Assembly: GCA_963751345.1 (NCBI GenBank)
Contig: CAVVUS010000022.1
Location: 128,001-192,000 of the forward strand
Direction of reading: 5' to 3'
Source: an uncultured Chloroflexia bacterium
GTDB lineage: Bacteria; Chloroflexota; Anaerolineae; B4-G1; SLSP01
DNA length: 64,000 nucleotides
In this document: piece by piece, positions 43,901 through 53,800 of the stretch
How the letters are laid out: each line of letters starts with the position of its first letter
Position numbering within the stretch: the first letter of the stretch is position 1
Translations under genes and position numbers: made by a program
Notes under the pieces: generated by a model
The model's database searches: none
What the model saw: the letters and a program-made list of their open reading frames with translations, nothing else
Told to the model about the DNA's origin: nothing

Positions 43901-44587
43901 GAGCCAGGGGCTGCCCGTTCAGCCGCGTGCCGTTGAGCGACCCGAGGTCCATCACGGTCATCTGCCCGCCGGCACCTACCGTGAGCTCAAGGTGATGTCC
44001 GGAGACCATAGGGCTGTCGAGGATAACGTCATTATCGTCCGCCCGACCCAGCGAGGTCGTGGACTTGAGCAGCGGATACTCGCCTTGCGAGCCGTCGACA
44101 AGGCGCACCTGGAGCACGGCAAGCGGGCGGCGGCTCGTCTCGCGGTCCGGAATCAGCGTACACCGGGCCCGGTGGGCGTTGAGGTGGCGGTGCCTGGGCG
44201 GGCGGTGACTGAGCAAGCCCACCCGCGTCCATCACTGTCTTCCCCTGTGGCTGTACCCGCTGCGGTGACAGGGGGCTGCGCGCCTGTGCCGGGGACGATC
44301 GTGATCGCGTAAGGGCCCACCGTCAATGTGTCGCCCACGTTAAGGGCGCGCCACGCCTGAGGCGGAAGCCGCTGCGCGTTCAGGTAGGTACCGTTCGTGG
44401 AGCCAACGTCGCTGACACGGTATCCCTCAGCTGTGGCGATCAGGCGAGCGTGATGCCCGGAGACCGACGGATCCGGCAGCACCACGTCGTTGTCGGGAGC
44501 ACGACCCACTGTCACCTCAGGCCGGGTGGGGACAAACTCAGTGGTACCTTGGGCAGAATGTATGCGCAACATCAACTGTGCACTCAT
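40974..44587 (-). CDS. FHA-domain ABC exporter (Rv1747/ABCG-like) with three FHA domains, frameshifted near 44.2 kb
   Basis: Three GR..DND/T..VS.H/YH..S.NG FHA motifs; GLSGAGKS, LSGGQ and FFLDEPTSGLDP; ABC2 TM domain containing IYRRER. Confidence 0.9.
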
Positions 44588-44633
44588 CGCACGATTCTCC
44601 TCTCGCTGAGGGCTGCGGTGTGGATCACGCCCC

Positions 44634-44713
44634 AGTATAGGAAGGCTTGTATACGCGTCAAGCGCTCGCTCGCCTGCTCGGGCGTTTGACGAGCGAGGTC
44701 GACTGAGTATCCT
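44634..44713. promoter_or_regulatory. Back-to-back divergent sigma70-type promoters
   Basis: Minus strand: TTGACG-16-TATACT (44661 to 44634). Plus strand: TTGACG-16-TATCCT (44686-44713). Confidence 0.6.
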
Positions 44714-44789
44714 GGACACAGGACCTCGAAGCACTGCGGGTCCGCACGAATCCCGTCCACCACTAGCTGACTCGAAGGAAGGAGAGCTG

Positions 44790-46872
44790 ATGAAAGACCG
44801 CTACCCTCCCATCAATCCAAAAGCGCCGGTTCTTCTACACGGCGGGGACTACAACCCTGACCAATGGTCCCCGGATGTCTGGGAAGAGGATATGCGCCTG
44901 ATGAAGCTGGCGCACTGCAACGCCATGACCGTCGGTATCTTCGCGTGGACCGCGCTGGAGCCGGCCGAGGGCGAGTACGACTTCGACTGGCTGGACCGCG
45001 TGATGGATATGCTGGCCGAAAACGACGCCTACGCCGTCCTGGCCACCCCCAGCGGCGCCCGGCCCGCGTGGTTGGCGCGTACCTACCCTGAGGTGCTTCG
45101 TGTACGGCCTGACGGCGGGCGCAACCTCTTCGGCCGGCGCCACAACCACTGCCTCACCTCGCCCGTCTATCGCGAGAAGACCTATGCGATCAACGCCAGA
45201 CTTGCCGAGCGCTACCGGAATCACCCGGCCCTGCTGATCTGGCACCTCTCGAACGAATACAGCGGCGCGTGCCACTGCGACATGTGCCGGGCCGCCTTCC
45301 GCCAGTGGCTCATCCGCAAATACGGGACCCTCGACGCTCTGAACCACGCCTGGTGGACCGCGTTCTGGAGCCACACGTTCACCGACTGGGGCCAGATTGA
45401 TCCCCCGAGCGAGATCGGTGAGACCTCCGTCCACGGTCTGAACCTCGATTGGCGGCGCTTTATCACCGACCAGACCACGGACTTCATGCTGAACGAGATC
45501 GCGGCGCTGCGCACGTACACCCCCGACACGCCGGTCACGACCAACTTCATGGGCACCTTTCCCGGCCTCAATTACTGGAAGATGGCGCCCTACCTCGACG
45601 TCATCTCGTGGGACAGCTACCCGTTGTGGCACAAGCCGGAGGAGGACGGCCGGGTCGACGACGTCGCCCTGGCTGCCGACGTGGCCTTTGTCCACGATAT
45701 CAACCGCAGCCTCAAGGGCGGCAAGCCCTTTATGCTGATGGAGAGCGTGCCCAGCGCCACCAACTGGATGCCCGCCGCCAAGGTCAAGCGGCCCGGCATG
45801 CACGCGCTCTCGTCGCTCCAGGCCGTCGCTCACGGCTCCGACACCGTGCAGTACTTCCAGTGGCGCAAGAGCCGCGGGTCGGCCGAGAAGTTCCACGGCG
45901 CCGTGGTGGACCACGTGGGCCACGAGAACACCCGCGTCTTCCGGGATGTGGCCGACCTCGGGGTGAAGCTGGAGAAGCTTCAGGGCGTCGTCGGGACCAC
46001 CGTACGGCCCGATGTCGCGATCATCTATGACTGGGAAAACGCCTGGGCGATGAACGACGCCCAGGGGCCCCGCAGCGGGGACAAGGGCTACCTCGACGCC
46101 TGCAAGCACCACTACCGTGCCTTCTGGAATCGCGGTATTCCGGTGGACATCATCGACGCGGGCCAGGACTTCTCACGCTACAAGTTGCTGGTCGCCCCGA
46201 TGCTCTATATGCTCCGGCCGGGCGTCGGTGACCGTCTGGCCGCCTTCGTTGAGGCCGGCGGCACGCTGGTCACGACCTACTGGTCGGGCATCGTCGACGA
46301 GAACGACCTGGTCATCCTGGGCGGCTGGCCCGGCGGCAAGCTGCGGGAGGTGCTGGGCATCTGGGCGGAGGAGATCGACGCGCTCTATGCGGAGGACGTC
46401 AACCTCGTCAAACCTGCTCGCTGCCAATGGCCTGGGACTCACCGGTGTCTACGAGGCCCGCGACTACTGCGACCTGATCCACACCGAGGGCGCCGAGGTG
46501 CTGGCGACCTACGGTCAGGATTTCTACGCGGGCCGCCCGGCGCTCACGGTCAACCGTTATGGGAAGGGCAAAGCATACTACGTCACCTCGAACAACGACG
46601 ACCGCTTCCTCGGCGACCTCTACAGCGCGTTGAGCGCGAACTGGACGTGCTCCACAGCCTGGAGGCTCGAGCTGCCCCATGGCGTCAGCGCCCAACTCCG
46701 CACCGACGGCGAGCAGCGCTACATCTTCGTGATGAACTTCAACGCCGAATCGACGTCTCTTGACCTGGGAGCCGCCACGTACACCGACCTGCTCACCGGC
46801 GACACGCTCTCCGGCGTGGTGGAACTGGCGACGTACGACGTGAAGGTGCTGACGGAAATGGGAAGCGATTAG
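44790..46872 (+). CDS. Beta-galactosidase, GH42, frameshifted in the C-terminal part
   Basis: HGGDYNPDQW, WHLSNEY, CHCDMC, LMESVPS, YFQWR and EKFHGA; the C-terminus is in ORF 46117-46872. Confidence 0.93.
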
Positions 46873-46875
46873 ACG

Positions 46876-46996
46876 ATCAGCTTTCAGCAATCAGAAGGAG
46901 TAGGAAGTAGGGAGTAGGGAGTAAGAGGAGTAAGCTTCGCTGTCGTGCCTACTCCCTACTTCTGTCTCCCTACTCCTTTCCCCGCTGAAAGCTGAT
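46876..46996. repeat. Nested heptamer palindromic element
   Basis: A perfect outer IR ATCAGCTTTCAGC/GCTGAAAGCTGAT encloses GGAGTAG-type heptamers facing CTACTCC-type heptamers. Confidence 0.88.
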
Positions 46997-47016
46997 AGCT
47001 CCAGGAGGGAGAACCC

Positions 47017-47787
47017 ATGAACAAAGTCGCGCTTATCACCGGCGCGGGCCGCGGGATCGGCCTTGGGATTGCGATGGCACTGGCCGCCGAGCGGTGTGAT
47101 ATCGCCGTGATGGACGTTCACCCCGACGAGGTCGTGATGCCCGCTCTCAGCGAGCTCCGAAGCGAAGGGGCGGACGTGCTCTACTGCCGGGCCGACGTGA
47201 CCGACCCCGATGCCCGTGCCCGGACACTGGACGCCATCGGCGCACGGTTTGGCCACCTCAACGTCCTGGTCAACAACGCCGGCGTCGCACCCAGGGTGCG
47301 CGCCGACATCCTCCACGCTACCGAGGAGAGCTACGATCGGGTGATGGGGATCAACCTCAAGGGCCCCTATTTTCTGACCCAGGCCGTGGCCAACTGGATG
47401 ATCGCCCAGAGGGAGGGCGAAGCAGGCTTCCGGGGCTGCATCGTCAACGTCTCGTCCATCTCCGCCACCGTCGCCTCGCCGAGTCGCGGCGAGTACTGCC
47501 TCTCCAAAGCCGGGGTGAGCATGGCGACACAACTCTGGGCCGTGCGCCTGGCCGAGTTCGGCATCCCGGTCTACGAGATCCGCCCGGGCATTATCAAGAC
47601 CGATATGACGGCGACGGTGCAGGCGAAGTACGACGCCCTGATCGCCGAGGGACTCACGCTGCAGCCGCGCTGGGGCTATCCTGAGGACATCGGAAGAGCC
47701 GTCGCTGCCCTCGTCCGCGGTGACTTCCCCTACTCCACCGGCCAGGTAATCATGGTGGACGGGGGGCAGACGATACCGCGGCTCTAG
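47017..47787 (+). CDS. Classical short-chain dehydrogenase/reductase
   Basis: TGAGRGIG, NNAG, NVSS, YCLSK and PGIIKTDMT. Confidence 0.93.
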   Translation: MNKVALITGAGRGIGLGIAMALAAERCDIAVMDVHPDEVVMPALSELRSEGADVLYCRADVTDPDARARTLDAIGARFGHLNVLVNNAGVAPRVRADILHATEESYDRVMGINLKGPYFLTQAVANWMIAQREGEAGFRGCIVNVSSISATVASPSRGEYCLSKAGVSMATQLWAVRLAEFGIPVYEIRPGIIKTDMTATVQAKYDALIAEGLTLQPRWGYPEDIGRAVAALVRGDFPYSTGQVIMVDGGQTIPRL

Positions 47788-47834
47788 TGTAAAGACAAGG
47801 AGACTCTCGGGAATGGACGTACTCGCACGCGCTG

Positions 47835-48012
47835 AGACCTTTGGGGTTTCTCACAAGCAGTGCTACTCCAAGGTCTTCGCCGACCGTGGTAGCTTCCGAA
47901 GACGTTGCCTGATCTTGCACTAGGCCCCTCAAGCGGAACCTTCCGGGAAGCTTTGGTCGCAGACGAGGCAGTTCACTTCCCACCCTGTGCACCTATCAGC
48001 TTCCCGGAAGGT
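47835..48012. repeat. Two REP-like inverted repeats
   Basis: AGACCTTTGGGG...CTCCAAGGTCT, and a perfect 15-bp ACCTTCCGGGAAGCT/AGCTTCCCGGAAGGT. Confidence 0.6.
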
Positions 48013-48027
48013 AGAGGAGAAACCATC

Positions 48028-48634
48028 TTGAGTGACTCACACGCTCTACCGACATGGGCACCGCGGGTCGAGCCTGAGAAGATCCGGCGGCTCTACGAGC
48101 TCGACGCGCAGGGAATCTACGACGAAGAGCTCATCGCAGATGTCGGCTACGGCCTGTTGGCGCGCTGCGAGAGCTTCATCCAGGCCAACGCGGCGGTCCG
48201 TGGCCACGCGAGGTGCCCCGCTTGCGGCGCCGTCATCGAGCATCACACCGAGAAGGAAGAACTGCTTCGGTGCACCTGCGGCTGGTCCCTTTCGTGGGCC
48301 GATTACTTCGCCACCATCCAGCACAAGCAGCTCAGCGGCGCAGCGCCGGTCCTGGAGCTTTTTCAGGCCTTCGTCGATCGATTTCCCAGGGCACGGACTA
48401 CGCAGCAGCGGATGGTGCTGATCGACACACTGCTCCACGGCTTCCACTGGTTCTTCAAGACGAACGAGCCGACGCGTCCGGTCGCCGTCAATCTGATCGA
48501 CCTGCGCCTGTGGGACGTCATCGACTTCCTCGACACTCTTTCCTACGGCGAACGCAGCACCCCGGGCGCTGGGGAAACCAAGAGCCATCTGGGACCGCCG
48601 CATCGAGAACGCCCGCAACTGGCGAAAGGGTTGA
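48028..48634 (+). CDS. Hypothetical Zn-ribbon protein, frameshifted near 48585
   Basis: TTG start after GAGGAG; CPACG...CTCGW. The alternative frame ends [15 protein letters not shown]. Confidence 0.65.
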
Positions 48635-48708
48635 CGCGTTGCTCTGTCGGGATTGGATGGTATCCTCTGGCTGACCAGAGACATCACATCCTATCCGGAG
48701 GAGCACCC

Positions 48709-49749
48709 ATGCGCGCTGCCGTCTACGAAGCCTTTCAGCAACCCTTGACCATCCAGAACGTGCCCGATCCCACGCCCGCCGCGGACGGCGTCGTCGTCCG
48801 TGTGGAGGCCACCGGCATCTGCCGCAGCGACTGGCACGGCTGGATGGGCCATGACTCGGATATCCACCTGCCCCACGTGCCGGGCCACGAGCTGGCGGGC
48901 GTCGTCGAAGCCGTCGGTCCCGAGGTACGCCGCTGGCACGCCGGCGACCGGGTCACCGTGCCCTTTGCCGTGGGCTGCGGCCATTGCCCCCAGTGCCTGT
49001 CGGGCAACCAGCACATCTGCGACAACTATTTCCAGCCCGGCTTCACCGCCTGGGGCTCCTTCGCGGAGTACGTCGCCCTGCCCCACGCCGACGTCAACCT
49101 GGTCGAGCTCCCCGAGGGCCTTAGCTTCGTGGACGCGGCCAGCCTCGGCTGCCGCTTCATCACGTCGTTCCGCGCCGTCGTAGTCCAGGGGCGCACGGCC
49201 CCCGGCGAATGGGTCGTCGTCCACGGCTGTGGCGGCGTCGGGCTTTCGGCCGTGATGATCGCCCACGCGATGGGCGCGCAAGTGATCGGCGTCGACATCA
49301 AGGATGATGCGCTGGCGCTGGCCTCCGCTCTGGGCGCAGCACACGTGATCAACACCCGCCGCGAGCCCAATCTGATCCAGGCGATCTACGACCTCACCGG
49401 TGGCGGCGCCCACGTCGCGATCGATGCCCTGGGTAGCGCCGAGACCTGCCGCAACGCAGTGCTCTGCCTGCGCAAGCGCGGTCGTCAGGTCCAGGTCGGG
49501 CTGATGGTCGCCGACTACAAGGACGCGCTCATCCCGATGAACCTCGTCATCGCCAAGGAATTGGAGATCCTGGGGAGCCACGGGATGCAGGCCCACGCCT
49601 ACCAGCCGATGCTGGATATGATCATGGCCGGTACGCTTCAGCCGCGGCGCCTGATCGGGGAGACGGTCACACTGGAGGGGGGGCTCACAGCGCTGACGTC
49701 GATGAGCGACTTTGCCATCACAGGCGTAACCGTGATCGACCGGTTCTAG
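48709..49749 (+). CDS. Zinc-dependent alcohol dehydrogenase (MDR family)
   Basis: SD GGAGGAG; GICRSD, GHE, CGHCPQC..C and GCGGVG. Confidence 0.95.
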   Translation: MRAAVYEAFQQPLTIQNVPDPTPAADGVVVRVEATGICRSDWHGWMGHDSDIHLPHVPGHELAGVVEAVGPEVRRWHAGDRVTVPFAVGCGHCPQCLSGNQHICDNYFQPGFTAWGSFAEYVALPHADVNLVELPEGLSFVDAASLGCRFITSFRAVVVQGRTAPGEWVVVHGCGGVGLSAVMIAHAMGAQVIGVDIKDDALALASALGAAHVINTRREPNLIQAIYDLTGGGAHVAIDALGSAETCRNAVLCLRKRGRQVQVGLMVADYKDALIPMNLVIAKELEILGSHGMQAHAYQPMLDMIMAGTLQPRRLIGETVTLEGGLTALTSMSDFAITGVTVIDRF

Positions 49750-49757
49750 CTCCCTCC

Positions 49758-50660
49758 ATGAAGCTAGCTGTCAACTACTCATCTGCCCTCGCCGATTTGG
49801 TAGATCGAGGGCAGGTCAAGGTCGACCTGTACAAGTGCCCGGCCTGGCCTGACCTGGTTGCGCGGCTCACGCCGGGCGCTGAGGCTCACACCCCCTGCTA
49901 CATCCACTTTCCTCTCCTGGTCGGGACCGGGGCAGGTGGCCCCATTAACACCGAGACTAATACCGCGCCGGACTGGGACCAGATCCAGGCGCTGTTGGCG
50001 CAGACCGATACGCCGTGGGTGAGTGCCCACATGGGCCCACGCCCGGAGGATCATCCCGACCTGGCACGGCTCAGTGTCGAGGATCAGACCGGCGCCGTCG
50101 AAGAGATCCTCATCCGTGACTTCGAGCCGCTGATCGCACGGTTCGGCCCCGACCACGTGGTTGGCGAGAATATCTTCGAGTTCTACGGTGTGCACCTGCG
50201 CGCGGCGATGCTGCCCGAAGTCATCCACAGCGTGATCAAGACGGCTGGCTGCGGCTTCCTGCTCGATCTCTCGCACGCCCGGCTTGCCGCCGGCGAGCTG
50301 GACCTCGATCCGCGCGCCTACGTGGAGACGCTGCCGGTCAAGCAGCTCCGCGAGCTTCACATCACCGGCATCCAACGACTCGACGCCTTCTGGGTCGAGC
50401 GCCTGCACGCCGCCGGCGTGGATGCCGCTACCATCGAGCAACTGGCGGGAAAACGCATCGATCACCTCCCGATGACTGACGAAGACTGGGACTTCCTCGA
50501 CTGGGCATTGAGCAGGATCCGATCCGGCGCGTGGCGCGAGCCCGAGATCGTCGCCTTTGAGGTCGGTGGGGTCGGGCCGATGTTCGAAGCAATGACCGTG
50601 CCCGACGTCCCTGAGACGCAGGTACCGCGACTTTTCGCGATGGTGCACGCAGACGACTGA
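49758..50660 (+). CDS. DUF692-like multinuclear non-heme iron-dependent oxidative enzyme (MNIO)
   Basis: Ligand-like series YIH, SAH, GEN, FLLDLSHA, LP..QLRELH, DH and FE with the TIM-barrel spacing typical of DUF692. Confidence 0.78.
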   Translation: MKLAVNYSSALADLVDRGQVKVDLYKCPAWPDLVARLTPGAEAHTPCYIHFPLLVGTGAGGPINTETNTAPDWDQIQALLAQTDTPWVSAHMGPRPEDHPDLARLSVEDQTGAVEEILIRDFEPLIARFGPDHVVGENIFEFYGVHLRAAMLPEVIHSVIKTAGCGFLLDLSHARLAAGELDLDPRAYVETLPVKQLRELHITGIQRLDAFWVERLHAAGVDAATIEQLAGKRIDHLPMTDEDWDFLDWALSRIRSGAWREPEIVAFEVGGVGPMFEAMTVPDVPETQVPRLFAMVHADD

Positions 50661-50874
50661 TCTCCGCCATAGCACGTCCCCCCAACGCAATCCGCCGCCT
50701 TGCACCGAACGATGTCCACGAGCTGGCAGAGACGAAAACTTGCCCGAATCGTCTGGAAGTGCACTATATATATCATATATTTGTCAGTATAATAGAAGAT
50801 ATCCATCCCTACCTGGGCCAATTGACAGGCTAACGCACTCTTTGCATCCTATACCGTGATACTGGAGGTGCCGT

Positions 50875-53800
50875 ATGTTGGCGGAAGCATTTCGGCGTTC
50901 GAGTACTGCAGCGGCGCGATTGATATTGGTCTTCTGGCTCATCGGTGGCGTGGCCCTTATCCCTGCCCCTTCTGCACTGTCACCTGCTTCACCAGATGGG
51001 GGCCCTGGCACAATAGCAGCGGCCCCAAGCTCGACAACGACGACTGCACCATCCCCTTCCGCCGCTCCTTCTCTGCCACCAGATGCAGCTCCCTCAACTG
51101 GCGGCGGTGAGCCTCGCACGACGTACGCGTCGGTCCTCCAAACAGGGACCAATGTGTACAGCGCGACCATCTCGCCCGAGCCTCGCAACTACCTCGATCA
51201 GGACGGAAACTGGGCGCCCATCGATGCCACGTGGCGAGCCGCGCAGGACAGCTTTGTCGTCGATCACAACCTTATCCGCAGCCGGGCAGGCAGCCAGCGC
51301 GCCTGGGTCTCGGTCGCGGTCGACGCGACCGCGCTCCTCTGGCAGGCTACCTCCCTCGGGGTGGTCGGCAGCGACGGCAACTTTGCCTCCCTGGCGACGG
51401 CCCTCGATGCGCCCCCCACCTCGGCCGAACAGAGCGTCTCGGGAGCCACACTACGGTATCCCGGCGGGTGGACTGATCCGGCGCTCAGCGAGGCTATTGT
51501 CAGCACGCCCGGCAGCGTTGAGCACGCACTGGTTCTCTCCGAACCGCCGCGCGCGGATGCCACCACGGGGTATCTCGAAATGCAGGCCAGCCTTAAGCTG
51601 GTTCCCGGTGCCATTCTCTACGCGGACGGGGAGCCGGTCACAGGCGCAGGGCAGGATGCTACGACCCTGGAGGTCCGCGACACGTCGGGTCAGCCGGGCC
51701 TGGTACTTGCACCCGTCGAGGCCTTCGAGGAGGGACAGCCAGACGTTGCGGTCTCCGGGAGCTATCATGTGCAGCCAACCGGTGACGCGACTACGTATCA
51801 GGTCAGCGTCCGGACGCCCCTGGCCTGGTGGCTGGATCCCCAAAGGGCGTATCCGGTGGTTCTGGATCCGGTCATCACCGTCAAGCGAACGACAGGTTAT
51901 GGTGAAGGCATGGCCTGGGTGCGCAGCACAGGGAACAAGGCCTACGTCGTGGGCGAGATGCGGCTGGGCGCACATCTCCCCGACTACAACACCCAATCCC
52001 ACGGGTACGTGCAGTTCAACAGCCTGCCCGCCCTGTTGAGCAACGCGCCGGTCCAGGTCACCGCCGCCTATCTCGACGTCGAGCCGACGGACCTCTTCAT
52101 CCCCAAGTACTCATACAGCGGCAATGGGTTCACGGATTGGGATAGCGTCGCCCTCAAGCGCAAGGCTACATTAGCTTACGCCGGAGCCTGTCCGAACGAC
52201 CCGGGCTGCAACGGCTTCTCGATGCAGGACGACCGGCTGACGAATGCAGCCAACTACAACTGGGACAACCAGCCGTCGGCCGCCGATATCGGCACGAAAA
52301 CCTTGGTCGTCGGCCCAATCAAGGCCAGCGGCAACGCCAATCCCACAGTGACCACCTGGGATGTGACGGCCCAGCTTCAGAGCTGGTACGCATCCTGGTC
52401 CGACCAGCAGAACCCACGTCCGGGGCCTGTCTTCCAGCTGCGTATGGTCGATAACAGCGGCAACGAAGTCATCTGTCCTAAGCCAGGGCCCTATATCAGC
52501 GGCTTCGTCAACGGCAAACCACAGTTCGACTCCCAGCTGGTGCCTCAGTGCACCCACTTCTACATCCCGCCCGGCAAAGTCACGCTGCGTATCGAGTACA
52601 CGCAGCTTCCGCTCGCCATCGGGCAGAACCTGCTCAACTATCCGGGCGTGCCCAGCTATGCGCCACTGAGTGGCTCGACCGACAACCTCTTCGAAACCCC
52701 GAACCACCAGTACGCTCTGGCCCAACCCACAGGCCCTGCGCACTGGCGGGCGGTCGCACTCCGCGGCAACCACGCCTACACAGAGTCGCTGCCAACGATC
52801 GCGAACCTCAAACTGCTGGACTATACCAACGTCGTGAACCCCGACGACGAACCCATCCAGCTTCTCAATCCCAAGGTTCAGGGCCCCGACAAGACCACAT
52901 TTTTCCTGATCGATGACCATCTCGCCAGCAGCACGCTGGACACCTCAGACCTCCGCGCCGAGGTGGTGGCTTCGTCGGACAACGACTACACACAGGACCA
53001 GCAGCGCAACTATCGGATACAGTACGTCCAGTCAGAGCTGATGCAGGTCCTCACCTATGGCACGCCCAATGCCGTGAACTTCTCCGGGTTCTCTGACACC
53101 CTTATTAAGCTAAGCGAGTTTCCTCTTACGAAGGGCGACAGCGTCGGGATCACGGCCACCGTCCCGGTCAGCCTCGAGATGATGCTGCTCACACCTGCAA
53201 CCGAGCCGGGTAATGCCGGGGCGCTCATCAGCGCCGGCCACAGCAACGTAAACGTCTTCCCCGCAGCCCAGCCCGGCAGTGAGGTACACACTTTCTCCTT
53301 CTCGGCACCGGTTACCGGACAGTATGCCATCGTCCTGGTCAACAAGGAACGCCCGGTGCTGAACCCGACCGGAATCTGCCCGAACCGTGGTCAGTACAGG
53401 CAAAGATCTTGCTCTGCCCCGACGGCAGCTACCCCACAGCCAAGTACGGATGCCAGCCCCTGATCCTCCCCGACGGCCTGACGCCGCGCCGAAGTCCGTG
53501 CCGGTCCCCGGCGGCGGGACCTTGAGCGTCTATAGTGAGGGTCATTTCACGCCCGGCACGAGGGATTGGTGCACGACCAACGAGGCTACCGGCACCCCGA
53601 TCATCGGGCCTAGTGTTATCGGTCGATGGGTCGCCGTGGTCCAGGGATCGGTGTGCTATACCGGCGGCGTGCTCACGACGTCGCCCGACAGCGCCGTCGC
53701 GCTGGTCACGGCGACGCCCGCGCTTAACCCGGGAGACGGGCGACAGCATGCGCAGATCAGACCCATCCCGATCTACGGCGATTCGATGCTGCTGCCTACA

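Noticed and set aside
42567-46112. Long opposite-strand ORFs (42567-44312 +, 44835-46112 -, and similarly 13570-14616, 31303-32394 and 10056-11087)
   Set aside because: These are shadow ORFs typical of high-GC coding DNA; the opposite strand carries clear family motifs.
36216-46996. Short repeats as a CRISPR array
   Set aside because: Periods are 7-8 bp, with no ~30-bp repeats separated by unique spacers and no cas genes.
47905-49749. 614-aa Zn-ribbon/ADH fusion
   Set aside because: The ADH has its own SD and ATG at 48709, and the upstream gene has a natural stop in another frame.
50712-50792. 26-aa Cys-containing ORF as the MNIO precursor
   Set aside because: It has no SD and runs through an AT-rich promoter-like tract containing TATAAT.
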